Assembly (NCBI GenBank): GCA_903813345.2
Contig: CAIIXF020000001.1
Location: 31,496,001-31,560,000 of the forward strand
DNA from: Owenia fusiformis
Taxonomy: Eukaryota
Direction: 5' to 3'
DNA length: 64,000 nt
The notes beneath the pieces were generated by a model. It did not search any database, was not told the DNA's origin, and was given only the letters and a program-made list of their open reading frames with translations. Position numbers and translations under genes: made by a program. The first letter of the stretch is position 1. Each line of letters opens with the position of its first letter. Below, piece after piece: positions 1-13,522 of the stretch.

Positions 1-436
1 TGATTGATGCATTCTGCCATTCATTGTTAGATATTCGATGATCGGTTGAAGTAAATTCAATTCAAGTTACTGTGACAGGTGTAGCATGGAGTGATATGTA
101 TATAAAAATTATAGAGCTTGCAATTCCTTAGGATTTAATATTTCATCAGGTTGGACAGATCCTGATGTACAAGTATGCGTTTTGTGCGTGTGTAGGACAG
201 CAAAGAAAACAAGAGCTTTGGGTCGAAGATTTTCTCAGAATAATCAAAACACAACAGGTTCACAGGAAAATACTTTAATTGAGGGGTCGTATATTCTCTC
301 GGGATTGGTAAGATAACAAGCTTGCAGCAAAAGTATTTATTTATTTACAGCAATTTTATTGTTCACTGAATACATCTGCCTTTTCAGATGACCTCTGATA
401 GTCGATTTGGTAGAGTTCAGTTTGTAGTTTCACTGA

Positions 437-600
437 TGTGATTGCCCTTTGGCATTCTATACTGCCGTACACCACTGATTGAAGTGATTGCCCTTTGGCA
501 ATCTGTACTGCTATGCACCACTGTTTCAAGTGACTACTCTTTGGTAATCTATACTGCGAAGCCCTGCTGCACTGTTTAAAGGAATTGCCCTTTGGCAATG
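437..600. repeat. 46-bp tandem array (~4 units) in the Gypsy leader
   Basis: Repeated GTGA(T/C)TGCCCTTTGGCAATCT...; homologous arrays at 14352-14530 and 18280-18460. Confidence 0.85.
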
Positions 601-1091
601 GCTGATGATGCGACTGCTTCTTTGTTTCTGTACTGTATGCTCCGCAAGTTGTATCTGTCAGCAGCAACTGAACCTAAATGTTATGATATCAAATCACGGC
701 AACCTGAAACGTTGTCCATTTTAAAATAATAAAACACAAATTGATATGTCATAAATATATTGCATCAACTGGGCTGTCAACTGCAAACTGCAACGAACTG
801 CATCGGCTTGAACTGCACCAGCTTCTAAAATTAAGTCAGTTCTATACAATATTCACTCGCAAAATGTTAGCACATTGATTCACTATAAAAATTTGTGCCG
901 AGTCTGAACTGTGTGTACTCAGAGCTTCATGGAGTATAATCTTTAGTTGACTAGGTTTCATTGATCAAGCTACATAGAAGTTTCTCAAGATATTTCAATA
1001 CATTTTCAATCAGTTTTGTCTCAATATCAAATCATTTCCTAACATAGTTGCTTAAAGTTTCAACTGCAGGCTACACAGGCCTATACCATTC

Positions 1092-1315
1092 GAGGTCACC
1101 AAGGTTACTGCTTGAGACGCCGAAGGTCACTGCTTGAGATGTGGAAGGTCACTGCTTGAGATATCGAAGGTCACTGCTTGAGATATCGAAGGTCACTGCT
1201 TGAGATATCGAAGGTCACTGCTTGACATATCGAAGGTCACTGCTTGATGTTATCGAGGTCACTGCTCCAAGTGCTCGAGGTCACTGCTCGAAGTGCTCAA
1301 GGTCACTGCTTGAAG
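1092..1315. repeat. 22-bp tandem array (GAAGGTCACTGCTTGAGATATC)n in the Gypsy leader
   Basis: About 10 units with period 22 (e.g. 1144, 1166); homologous arrays at 15061-15320 and 17556-17727. Confidence 0.92.
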
Positions 1316-2455
1316 CATCCAATGTGAACATCAGCAATACAACCTACAACTGGTTACATATACAATAACCTAAAACTGTTGAGAATATAGAGTACTTAGT
1401 TACAAATGTCCTTACTAGGCTTGTACATCTAAAACTGTGGCGAGTTATACAATGAGTCGCATCAATTTTCAATAGCTACTGGTGACAATACACGATCACA
1501 TAAAATACTGTTAAAATAACAATGCGTTAGTTCAGCAAACGTGTAAACTGTTCATTTCAACACATTAAAACTTCCATTGCATTACCATACCCAGGATCAG
1601 CTAGGGTACACGTACTGCACTGCCTCACTACAGCGCAGTTACACTGCACTGCTATGGTTCCTCGTATAGCTGCACTATTGCTGCACGCCTCTGCTGGACT
1701 GCTCTAGCTCGATGAAACAGCTCTCCGAAGTACGCTGAAGCATGAATCAACGTTGTTGCACTAAATTGGAGTGTCGAATACACTGCTACTTGCTGAATTC
1801 CTAGATGATAGCTGAAACCACTGGACCGCGTTGACTCGAAATTACATGCAGCATTGCATAAAATCTATTGGATTTCTTAGGGTCGTGTTGCCGTACTGCT
1901 GTATGTTGCTTTACTGGGTTATGCCTTTTGCGATAAGACCTACAAATCCCTGGCCTACAATTAAGCTACGCATGCATCTATGCATACATGATACAGTACG
2001 ATTTACACTAGTTTGAGCTATACTAGAGTTTACATTACTTTTACACTGCTTGTATACTAATTTTAGCATTTACTCAAAGATTGCACAAATTTTACATATT
2101 AAAGCTACAATGTACCTGGTTATTGATTACCGTACATTTATGATACTGCTGTTGGGCGACGTCACGATCAGGCACAAGGGAAAGGGCTATTAGACGATCT
2201 AGACTCTCACCGTAACCTGCTCAATCGTAAATTCCAAGCTTGCAGCAACTAGGCAACGATCGGCAACCAGGTCACTTGCAGGAAACTGTGTATGGATATC
2301 CCGTAGCTTCACTTTGCGTACGAAATGCGTATGGCTGAGCAGTTTACCTCACGTATATTTTCGAGCCGGAAGTGTAGAATCTGGCTTCTGCTTGCAGACA
2401 CCTTTCCCACTCTTCTTCAGGCCGGAGACGCAGACGTAGTTGTTGCTGTCTGTAA

Positions 2456-2465
2456 GCTGCCACCA
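2456..2465 (-). promoter_or_regulatory. Primer-binding site TGGTGGCAGC (tRNA-Leu type)
   Basis: 2 nt inside the LTR; complementary to the ...GCTGCCACCA 3' end of metazoan tRNA-Leu(AAG/TAG). Same motif at 16460-16469. Confidence 0.75.
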
Positions 2466-2467
2466 AA

Positions 2468-3375
2468 TGTAACCGGACGAAACGGGGAGGGGAATGGGTC
2501 TTTTAAACAGGGCCTAATATATCAAATATAACATGCAACACGACAAGCAATATAAAATATAACAATATGTACAAGGTTTATTTATTTAAAATCAATCAAT
2601 AGAACATTATGATCAAAATAGTAATATTGCACTGAGAGAAAGTACAATGGTATTTATGATGCTTTTAATTTAATAGATAAATGTCTTTATCAACGTCTTT
2701 CAAAATAATACTACAGATATGTCTATTTGAAATGTCTATAAAATATAATAAAGGCTATGCGAGACGATATAAGGCACTTGGTTGGGGGAAATCGTCCTTC
2801 AAGGAGCGTGGAAAGTTCTGCTCGAGATGGCGGGGAACTTGGCTGACTGTGTGTTGAAATCCTACGGTGATAGTTTCTTCGATCAGCGAATTCCAGCTGC
2901 TACGGCACCCCAACGGACTGCTGTAGATTCACAGCTTACGAATCCTTTATCTTAGGTTGCTCATTGCTGTCTATCGTCGTTGACGAAGTCTTTATCCCGA
3001 TGTCACATCCACTCTATAAACAGGAATCCTTTCACCTAAATGTGCATAGCCCTACCTTGTAGTCGTGCCTCCAGATATCGTCTGACGCCCTACAACGCTG
3101 GCGATCTAACATTCGATTCAATCGTGAGTTGATATAAAATCAACCAATCAGATTATAGATAATAATTTCCGACTCGCGTTCGAATTGTGTTTTCCGTCGT
3201 GGTTTGCTTCTTCGTAGTTACAAAACCGGTTTATTTCCGATTAGTCTACCACACAGGATTCGTATTTAAAGTGTTGCTCCGTTTTTGAGTTTCAGTGGAA
3301 TAGGCTTTGAAATATCAAACTACCGCAACTGCGAAAGCTTTATGTATTAATAATTTCGTTAAGCAGGCCGTTACA
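2468..3375 (-). repeat. 5' LTR of Gypsy copy 1 (908 bp)
   Basis: TGTAAC...GTTACA termini; reverse complement of the LTR at 26488-27417. Confidence 0.92.
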
Positions 3376-3669
3376 GTACCTTATTACAGGCCATTCAAAT
3401 CTTTCGAGGAAGGTGTAACAAAATCTCAAATAAGTAGGTCAAATGAGGTTAAAGGTAGGTTATAGTGCCACAGGGGGAGACTTTTGTGTGTATTTGTTAC
3501 TTTTTCAATAAAACAACATATTCTATTTTGGTAGCCAGAAAAGGCTGAGATGGTAGAACATTTTTTCTCGAAAACTAGTGATTACATTAAAATTCACTCT
3601 TAACTACTTATTTTTCACATACTTCAAAATATTCTGTAATCTTTTGAATGCATAAACAATTTATTTTAG

Positions 3670-3783
3670 ATTGAAGTGAAACATATACGTACATCACCAA
3701 CAAGCACCGTATCAGTCACAAAGTACGCCGATGTCTATGTAGGTGATGATGTCATACGTCTTGGACGCGTCCCATCCGTGACG
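3670..3783 (+). CDS. VWD-domain gene, internal exon (IEVKHIRTSP...GRVPSVT)
   Basis: AG/GT boundaries, 114 nt, open, phase 0-0; joins the next exon in frame. Confidence 0.8.
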
Positions 3784-4027
3784 GTAAAATATTCTTCACT
3801 TTAAATAAAAAGGTTCCCAATTTTGAAACAAGTATAGAATTGATGTATCCATTGGACCTACACATATTCAGAAAATTTGAGTAAACCACGAACACGAATT
3901 CCTACTAATTTATCACTGTCATATTCCTCACTCTCTCATTGGTCCATGTCCTACACGTGACTGAAAAAATAACAAGCAATATTCAACGGAAATCACAAAA
4001 CGATTGATATTTTCATATTCCATACAG

Positions 4028-4186
4028 GTTAACAGAAATCCAGTAGCTCTGTTCCCTTACAATACGGATCTTTATTCCATTGATGTTAGTGGGGCGACCA
4101 TGACATTCAACTGTCTTGCACTCTCACTGAACGTAGTTTTCAACAATGGTGTCAAAGTTAAACTTGGCCGACAATGGATGAATAAA
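4028..4186 (+). CDS. VWD-domain gene exon (VNRNPVALFPY...GRQWMNK)
   Basis: cag/gtaagt boundaries, 159 nt, phase 0-0. Confidence 0.85.
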
Positions 4187-4326
4187 GTAAGTAACAAGAA
4201 GGTGTCACCTAGGAAAGTCTAAAGTGTATTATATATTATATAACAAAATATGCTCCGGGCATCGAATAAATTAACAATGTTTTGCAAGTAAAAGAAAATT
4301 CCACAATCGACTGGTAATCGTTGTAG

Positions 4327-4466
4327 GTAGATGGTCTATGTAAGAATTACGATGGAAATCAGACGAACGATTGTTTAGATGCGTCAGGTTTTGATATTAC
4401 TGGACAACCAAACAAGGGCACGTTGCTAGGAGATAGTTATCAGGTGTTCGATCCAGAGGAGCCGAT
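4327..4466 (+). CDS. VWD-domain gene exon with the GLCKNYDGNQTND motif
   Basis: Matches the VWD hallmark GLCGNxDGNxxND; tag/gtaagc boundaries, phase 0-2. Confidence 0.9.
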
Positions 4467-4545
4467 GTAAGCTAAAGCCATACTACTTTAGAAGTTGCAT
4501 AATTTACATTATTTTGTTACAAATAAACCATTGTCAACATTTCAG

Positions 4546-4671
4546 GTGTAAGAGTAGTTTGGTGGATGATCTGCCAAATCCGTGTAAGGATGATAAAAGA
4601 TTAGAAGTCGCAAAAGTTGCATGTGAACGTATAGTTGATAATGAAGGTCCATTTGCTGACTGCGTCAAAAG
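4546..4671 (+). CDS. VWD-C8 gene exon (CKSS...ACERIVDNEGPFADCVK)
   Basis: Phase 2-2, in frame with both neighbours; GPFADC is typical of the start of a C8 domain. Confidence 0.88.
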
Positions 4672-5263
4672 GTACTTCCTCCGAAGCGATGTCTGCTTAT
4701 TCATATTCAGTTCAAACTCTGTGTGATCATGAATTTGCAGAACTTCAAAGTAGAACTTCAGTGTTGATAGCCTTTTCTTGAAAAAATCTAGTTTAAAGAC
4801 ATACTTACATGAATGTATAACAAAATATGTCATCATGTCATCATCAAGATTGACCGTTCGGTTATTTGAAAAAAAAGTATTCTAATTTGACATTTGAATT
4901 GAATTGAATTTTATTTGAAAATTATTTTTCCATTGAGAAAATTGCACCATTGAGAACAAATAGAATATCTTTGAATTTACGCATCAAAGGCGAACTATTA
5001 TTTTTTCATTGTAATAACTCACTCACGTAACCAAATTACCAAATTGGTATTGTTATAGTATGTTATCCAATGTAATAATGTGGTTAAGAAAGGAAGAAAA
5101 CAAAAATGAATAATAAAAATTATTACCACCACCGATTTCGAACCCACTATACCTCCTGGATACTAGTCTGATTTCAGATGTGAACAATGATTACTGGTTC
5201 TATCTACTGGTTTCAGTAAGTGTGGGTCGAATTTATATTTTATCGTATGCTTTTGTATTGTAG

Positions 5264-5418
5264 AATGTCAGGGGGATATTTACAGAGCTTTTTAGAAGAC
5301 TGTAATGTCGACTATTGTGCGAATCACGGGAATATATGTGACATTGCAGCGGCATTTGCCGATTCATGTAGGGAAAAAGGAGTTGATGCGCCTTTGTGGA
5401 GGGACGTTTTCAACTGTC
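5264..5418 (+). CDS. C8-domain exon (FLEDCNVDYC...AAFADSCREKGV...WRDVFNC)
   Basis: C8 cysteine pattern; tag/gtaagt boundaries, phase 2-1. Confidence 0.88.
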
Positions 5419-5464
5419 GTAAGTTCATAAAATCAAGAAGAAATGTGAATATAGCGCCGTTTAA

Positions 5465-6591
5465 CCCTAATCTCAGGGGGGTGGGGGTCAATCCGACCCC
5501 CTCGATTTTTTCAAAAGTACTTTTTGCAATTCTTTTGGCCTCTCCGTAATTTTTTTAGCTTCAGTCACAGATATAATATATATTTTGGCGTAAAAACCAA
5601 GATGATTAGAGGTTGGGGTAAAGTTATGATGGAACTTGATGTCAATAAAATTAGTTCATAAAACATTGATTGTTACCTTGTTTCTAATACTATAGAAAAC
5701 TCAAAAATATGTTTATTGCTCTGTTTCGGTGGATAATAATTTTAGCATATTGCATTTTCTTTCCAATGTGGCTTATTTCATGAGAATCGAGCCACCGTTG
5801 ACTCTGTTATGAATTTATGAAGGTAAAACAATCGCAAAGTATTCGCAAATCACGTTCTCTTCACGAATTTCAGAGAAAACTGTATTTTTCAAAAACTACT
5901 TGGTGGATATCTTTATAGAATTATGATGATACCATTTTCCAAATTTTAGATATAATTTTTTATTCTCCCCTACCCCCAACTTTTCAATATCACCATTTCG
6001 ATGTTTGTGCCGTTGCTAGGTGGTTGCTTGGCAACATCATGGTGTGAAAAAATATTGGAAAAATACCTGGTCATACATTCATACATCTACATACTAAATC
6101 ACTGATTGGCATTAGTTATATCTTGAAAAATGTATACCAAAGACGAAAACAAGTTGAACTTGTAATTGCTGACGATTCGATTTCACGTTACATTGATCTC
6201 AATGGGATTTCGTGATACCTGCTATCTTTTAAAGTGTATAATTTCAGTTCAAGAAAAGCTTTTACCACGATTTTACTTTATTTGAAGGAAAATAGTATAG
6301 TCTTTAAGACAGCGTAGCATTTTTGGCAGCAAGTATTTTTTGTGAAAGAAAATTTACAATTTATCACAAAATGTCAAAATATTACACCTTCTCGGTTAGG
6401 TTGACCTTGATTTGACCTTTGTTGACCTACTTTTAAAAAAACAATATCTTTCTGAAGAGGAAATTGAATAGGTTTTACATCAATTCCAACAATATTGAAA
6501 TCAGATAAGGAATAAAAAATTGCAGAGCGAGGTCCAAATGACCCCCTCCCCTTGCGACTTAGTGTTATAAAAAAGGTTGAAGACATTGGGG
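5465..6591. mobile_element. Non-autonomous piggyBac-like DNA transposon
   Basis: TTAA on both sides (5461-5464, 6592-6595); CCCTAAT...ATTGGGG termini; asymmetric subterminal inverted repeats (GGGGGTCAATCCGACC / GGTCCAAATGACCCCC). Confidence 0.7.
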
Positions 6592-8326
6592 TTAAGTACT
6601 TGCGATAACCAATATGGTGTTTGTTTGGATTTCTTTTTTGATCNNNNNNNNNNNNNNNNNNNNNNNNNNNNNNNNNNNNNNNNNNNNNNNNNNNNNNNNN
6701 NNNNNNNNNNNNNNNNNNNNNNNNNNNNNNNNNNNNNNNNNNNNNNNNNNNNNNNNNNNNNNNNNNNNNNNNNNNNNNNNNNNNNNNNNNNNNNNNNNNN
6801 NNNNNNNNNNNNNNNNNNNNNNNNNNNNNNNNNNNNNNNNNNNNNNNNNNNNNNNNNNNNNNNNNNNNNNNNNNNNNNNNNNNNNNNNNNNNNNNNNNNN
6901 NNNNNNNNNNNNNNNNNNNNNNNNNNNNNNNNNNNNNNNNNNNNNNNNNNNNNNNNNNNNNNNNNNNNNNNNNNNNNNNNNNNNNNNNNNNNNNNNNNNN
7001 NNNNNNNNNNNNNNNNNNNNNNNNNNNNNNNNNNNNNNNNNNNNNNNNNNNNNNNNNNNNNNNNNNNNNNNNNNNNNNNNNNNNNNNNNNNNNNNNNNNN
7101 NNNNNNNNNNNNNNNNNNNNNNNNNNNNNNNNNNNNNNNNNNNAAACTACAGATCAAACTTTGCACATCATATTATATCAGACATTATCCTTTTCTGGTT
7201 CAAAAAATTGTTTCCACAAATATCACTCTCTCCATATATCCAAAGCTAATATTCTTATTCCAAATCATCATTCTCAACAATTTCAATTCTATGCAAGTTG
7301 TATCACCTGGTTCACCATCACCATAATCTGTGAAACCTGACTTGGCAGCTACCAAACTAAATGAGACCTAACTGTCGATCCTAACTTGAGACACAATTCC
7401 CATAAGGCACTACACCTCCCCATGACACAATTGTACGTGTCCATCCACTTAGTATATACAATACAGGAACTCATCAAACAAAATTAATTGTTGATAAATA
7501 AATTGTTCACAGTCCGTACGCAACTGTTCCAAAGTCATATCCATACTATCATCAGTTGAAGAAAACGTCAAAGAAAATGGACATCATATTTCTCACATGA
7601 TTGTCATTCATACATCACATTTAGTCTTTTATCAATCGCTTTATGGGTTATAAGTCCATACGCAGTCACACAAATCAAGGTAAAATACATAATGTCGTCC
7701 TCTTAAACGAATCCACCACATCCAACGATTCAACTTCTTAAAATAACCGTTCGTTCAAATGTCCTTTAATGCAACTGCCAGACAAAATATCATTTAATAG
7801 ATTCTGGATCACCAAGTACCTTCTTTCAACATTTCCCAAATAATCATTTACGGCATTGCTACAGAGACTTCGGCATACATTATTTCAAGCTATACGATTC
7901 ACTAAAAGGCAAGTAGGTACTTGCATGAATACATATACTAAGGCAAGAACTGTATTTGCTGACTCTTAAGCATTACATGACATACTTTCGAAAACGTTCA
8001 AAGTCGGCTTATACAACTGATTGATGCGTTTCTCTTAATTTGACACATCACATAACATTTGAAAGTATGTACGTCATTTCACCAATCAATTTCCTGGTTT
8101 TTTTTTATCAGCAACTTATACACTCGTATTTACAATAGTGATTGAAGCACAAACGTTTGAGTCTCAATATATAATCTTCACTTCATATCTCACAGTCCAC
8201 CTTTAACTGTAAATAAATCCTCTCGTCAAAATAACATATTTATACAATTATCTACAACAATATATTCTAAACTTCCTCAATCTTCTATAAGTGTCATAAT
8301 CATTAAGGCCAGGAAAGCTACCCTGA

Positions 8327-11300
8327 TTATTTTACATCTGGAATCACATGATTCCTAATGTATTCTTTGGCAGATTCATTGAGGTGCGAAAATGGTTCAA
8401 ATGTGTTGTGACTGGAATCCCAGCCTTTCCACTTACACAGAAATTCTGTTTTGCCGTTTCTTTTCCTCTGTCCGAGAATCTTCTCAACCTCATAAAATTC
8501 ATCTGACTCTCTCTGATCATCTTCATTCTGGTCTACATCTGCTTCTCCATCCTCAATTTCTTCCTCCATCATATCATTGTCTGGCTGTTCCTGCTGTTTA
8601 CTAGTTGCCCCTTTATTTTCTAATGGCTTTGCAGTATCAGTGATCTGCTGGGGATCATTTTCATTTTCAACTGGGACAGTCTCTTTCTTTTTATACCACG
8701 TGGGTTTATCCTCGCCATTGTATGGTTTCAGTCTATCTATGTGGACTACTGTTTCCTTGCTCCTTGGTGATCTTCTGATTCTAAACGTGATGTCACTTAT
8801 ACGTTTTGTGATTATATATGGCCCTTGGAAAGGTCTTTGTAACTTAGGGGAGATCCCTGGCTTCCTTACTGGGCAATGTAACCACACTGCGTCACCTTCA
8901 TGCATTGTTGTGGGGCGCGCTTTTAGGTCATAGTACTTTTTCTGCCTAATGCTATTTTTATTCAAATTTTCTCTTGCAAACGCGTGTGAGATTTCCATCC
9001 TCTCTTTCATCGCTGCAACATATTCTGTCTCATCTGTGTTATTTTCTCCTGCTGGAAGTCCAAACACCATATCAACTGGTAGATTCAACTGTCTGCCTAG
9101 CATCATTTCACATGGTGTGAATTGCGATGTTTCATGTACTGATGTACGATATGCCAACATAAGATAAGGTAGGTATTCATCCCAATCACGTTGATGCTTC
9201 TCAAAAAACATGCTTAACATACTTTCCAGCGTGCGGTTGAAGCGTTCAACCATTCCATCAGAGCATGGTCTTAATGGTGTAGTTCTTGTTTTATTGATAC
9301 CAAACGCTTTGCACACTTCTTGAAACACTTTCGACTCATAATTTCTACCTTGGTCGCTATGCATGGCCATTGGGCAGCCCCATCTACATATAAATTCCTT
9401 ACTGACTATATCAGATATTGTTTCAGTCTCTTGATTGGGGATTGCATAGGCTTCCGTCCATTTTGTAAAATAATCTGCCACTATTAGTATGTATTTGTTA
9501 CCTCTTTCTGATGTGGGCAGTGGACCAAGAATATCCGTTGCTATTCTCTCCATGGGCGCTCCAACTTGAAACAGCTTCATTTCTGCTCTCTTTTTCTTAA
9601 AGTTGGGTTTTCGTGATGCACATTGATCACAACGGTTACACCAATTTCTTGCATCACTGCGCAGACTATGCCAGTAGAACCTTTCTCTCACCTTTTCAAC
9701 TGTTTTCATAATTCCCAAATGACCTCCTGTAGGCATGCTATGCAATTGAAATAAAACATCTCTATGCAATTGCTTGGGAAGGACTAATTGCCAAGTAATT
9801 TTACGCCCGTCATAAGATTCCCATCTTCTGTAAAGGACACCGCCTTTTACTTCCAACCTATCCCATTGCGACATTAAATGCTTTGTAGCTGGACTTGTTT
9901 TGCTGACTTCGCTCCAATCTGGTTTCTTTTGTTTTTCCAATGCCTTCATGACCAAACTGATATCTTTGTCAACAAGTTGCATATTACGAAGCTCCTCTGG
10001 ACTCCATCCTTCAAGTGCTGTCTTTTCTTGTGGATTTGAAGAATGTTCGTGGATGGCATGTATGCGACCATCATTCATTCCACACTGTGGACATGTCATT
10101 CTTGATAATCCATCAGCATTGTTGTGTGACTTTCCCGCACGGTGTTGAATTTCCATGTCATATGAGCTCAGCATCTCTAACCATCTGGCTATTTGTCCAT
10201 CTGGCTCTTTGAACTTGAACAGCCATTTAAGAGCTTTGTGATCAGTCCTTATGATGAACTTTCTGCCATATAAATACGGTCTAAATTTCTTCACAAATAC
10301 GACAACTGCTAGCAACTCTTTTCTCGTAACACAATATCTACGTTCAGACTAATTCATTGTTCGACTAGCATATGTAACAGGTTTTTCTACCCCATCTTTC
10401 ACAATTGATAGAACGCCACCTATTCCAAAGTCAGATGCATCTGTATCTAATACAAATTTACTATCAGCTTCTGGATAGGCCAATATGGGAGCTGATGATA
10501 TTGCTGTCTTTAGAGTCTGGAAAGCTGTTTCACATTCTTTTGTCCAAACAAATTTCTGTGTCTTCTCACATAGTTGATTCAGGGGTCTTGCAATTGTTGA
10601 ATAGTTCCTAATGAACTTCCTGTAATACCCCACAAATCCATTGAATGCCCGTACTTCTTTCTGGCAACGTGGGGTCTTCCAGTTCACAATTCTTTCCACT
10701 TTAACTGGATCGGTTTCAATGCCATCTGTGGATACTTTATGTCCTAGGAAGATAAGATTTTTCTGGAATAATGAGCATTTCTTGGGCTTCAATTTCATTC
10801 CAGATTTCCGGATTCTCTCAAAGACATCCTGTAAATTTTTCAAGGTGTTCTCAAAGGTTGTTCCCCATGTAAGGACGTCGTCGATGTACAATAGAGACGT
10901 TTTCCACTGCAATCCGCGGAGTACTGTTTCCATTAATCTTTGGAATGTGCTTGGGGCATTTGTCAGTCCGAATGGTAAGACATTAAACGAGAATAATCCA
11001 TCTTTGACAACAAAACTAGTTTTGTCTTTATCAGCCTCGTGCATCTTGACCTGCCAATAGCCGCTTGCTAAATCCATGGAACAAAACCATTGTGCCCCAG
11101 CTAAGCTATCGAGGCAAGTGTCCAACCGAGGTATAGGGTATGCATCTTTCCTTGTAACCTCGTTGAGTTTTCTATAGTCAATGCAAAAGCGGGTTGTCCC
11201 ATCCTTTTTCTTTACTAAAACTACAGGCGATGACCAAGGGCTGTTGGATGGTTCTATAATTCCATTCTTTAACATCTTTTCCACTTCCTCTGTCACTATT

Positions 11301-13522
11301 TTCTGCTGTGCTAAGGCTTGTCGTCTTGGAGGTTGTCTGATTGGCGGATGATTTCCTGTATCTATGGTATGTTCTACAATGGACGTTTTTCCCAGATCAT
11401 TTGATGTTTTTGCGAATATATCCTGATATCTTATAAGGAGATCTCCGACTGACTTGGCCTGTTCTGTATTTAAAAGAGCACTGCTTCTCTCATGCAAGTC
11501 CTTTAAATATTCTGGAATTTTCTGTGAGGATTTTGAATCTGAAGATGATATGGAGTTAATTCTATTGCCATCCTGATCAAGCACATGGTCAATTTTGTCA
11601 ATCAACTCTACTTCGGCTGCCCTGGTATTCTTGTATATCACAATAGGTTGATCTGTTGGGTTTAAAACTCTCAGTGGAATCATCTGTTCTTTTTCTGTCA
11701 GTCTCACTAATGATCTACCAATCATAGCATCATGCTTGTTATTAAATATTTCAGATGGTTCAATAACACCTAACTGATTTTTGTCTAAACTATAAGAGCC
11801 ACTAATCCTATTGATCCGACCTTTTACTATCTGTTCGCTCATTGGTGGTACTTTCACTGTGTTGTTCACAAGTACTTTTATCACTGGTTGTGAATCTCTG
11901 GTCCAACAGTCAACATAATTTTCTCCAATGCGCATTTGTCCGTTTCCCATGTCAAGCATGCATTTGTGCTGGACCATAAAATCCATTCCTAAAATGGCAT
12001 CTACACTTATATGCGCTATCCATATCTTATGTTGAAAAACACCATCTCCAATACCAAGGCTAATATTGCTATATCCTACAAGTGGTAACTGGCTGCCATC
12101 TGCATTTTTGAATCCATTATAAGGTGGAACAATTATGTCTTTCTCCTTTCCAATTTCCATGAATTTTCCCATGGAAATGATGGAGATACATGATCCGCTA
12201 TCAATTAGGAAACTTACTGTTCCCTTCTCTAGTTTTGCCTTTACAAATAAACCATCTTCAAGAATGCTGTTTATGATATCTCGGTCTTTGTATTTTTCCA
12301 CTTGTTTCATCATCTTCTTTATTTCTGGTGTAAACTCAGCACAAGTTTCTCGTAAGTCCTCAATACTTTTTAATTTGGTATTGTCATTGAAATGATTTCG
12401 ATTTTTCTCATCTTGTTCTGATGTTGTTTCTGAGCTTCTAAGATCACTAGTCTCATAGACACTTTTTCTGCCAACACCAAATTTCTCAAAATTCCTTCGC
12501 CTTCTTCTTGCTTTGTGATTGTATCTGTGCCTCGAAAATTCCCCATGTGGATATTTCATTTCTCTTGTTCGTACATTCAAATCAGCTTTACAAAACTCTT
12601 TCACATGACGTTCGTTGTGACATCTCGTGCAAAATAAAGTTTTTGGACACATATTTGATGTGTGATTACCCTGGCAGTTAAAACATATGATGTCTTGTAC
12701 ATTATCCACAATTTCGCCTTCATCAATACCACTATTCAGTGATCTGATTTCTGTTAATTGTCTATTCAAATTATCGATTGCTTCCTGCTGCTTTTTTACT
12801 AATTGTAATATATTATCTATGTGGTTCGGTTCTTGTTCTATGGTCAAGATCATATTTGGCTTTTCCATTTCATTTTGTTTGGAGGCTTCTGCATGTACGC
12901 CATCTATAACCTTGTAAGATTCCCATTCTAGACCAGCGGATATTGCTTCATCTAGGGTTTTTGCTTTCGAGAGTCTGATATAAGTTTTCATATCCGACTG
13001 TTCTGAAATTGCAACCATGAAATGGTCAAAGGCAATCTCATCTCTTAAAGAAAGAATAAAACCAGGATAGGCTAAATCTGTCTGTCTTCGCAGATACTGC
13101 CCCAATTCAGTCAAAGATTCTGACGTTCCTCTTCTTTTATCTTTCAAATTACACTTGTTTATTTCCTTCTGCTCTGGGGAGAATCGTGTTTTCAGCCTCT
13201 GTGTTAATACTTCATAATCTGATCTGCTTTCTATCGGTGTATCTGTTAATACTTCTCTAGCAGCGCCTGTCAAATGGATTGCTAATATTTTAGCTTTCTG
13301 GACTGCGTTCCATCCATTTATCTCTGCGCAAATTTCAAAATGTGACTCATAATCTAGCCATGAAATTTCACCATTATATCTATCAGGCTTAGCCTTGTAC
13401 GTACACTTCATGTGGTTCTCCATTTTATCCGCAAAATCAAAATGTCTCATAGATGGCGCTATTTGACCATCATTCTCGTATTCCATTTGCCGGTATTCAC
13501 AATTATAATGGCTTTGCTGCAT
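8327..13522 (-). pseudogene. gag-pol-chromodomain ORF of copy 2 with one in-frame TAG (10349-10351) in RNase H
   Basis: The two listed ORFs share a frame: ...SRTMN*SERRYC versus SRTLNKSERRYC in copy 3. Motifs LIDSGS, YIDD, LDTDAS, HHCC/DDE, GPY and chromodomain present. First ATG at 13522. Confidence 0.92.

Larger units (their letters stand above)
1..3375 (-). mobile_element. Ty3/Gypsy LTR retrotransposon copy 1: 5' LTR plus leader; the rest lies left of the window
   Basis: Colinear with the leader and LTR of copy 2 (about 13920-17055) and with the reverse complement of copy 3. PBS abuts the LTR. Confidence 0.9.

Noticed and set aside
5125..5170. B-box-like GGTTCGAAAT on the - strand
   Set aside because: No A box or cloverleaf; too short to call a tRNA or SINE.
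6501..7326. ORFs containing X runs (also near 17.0-17.6, 36.6-37.2 and 40.0-40.6 kb)
   Set aside because: Artefacts of translating 500-N gaps.
10641..11060. Antisense ORFs shared by copies 2 and 3 (also 21880-22299, 12135-12395, 20536-20802)
   Set aside because: Explained as shadows of the conserved RT and protease codons on the opposite strand.
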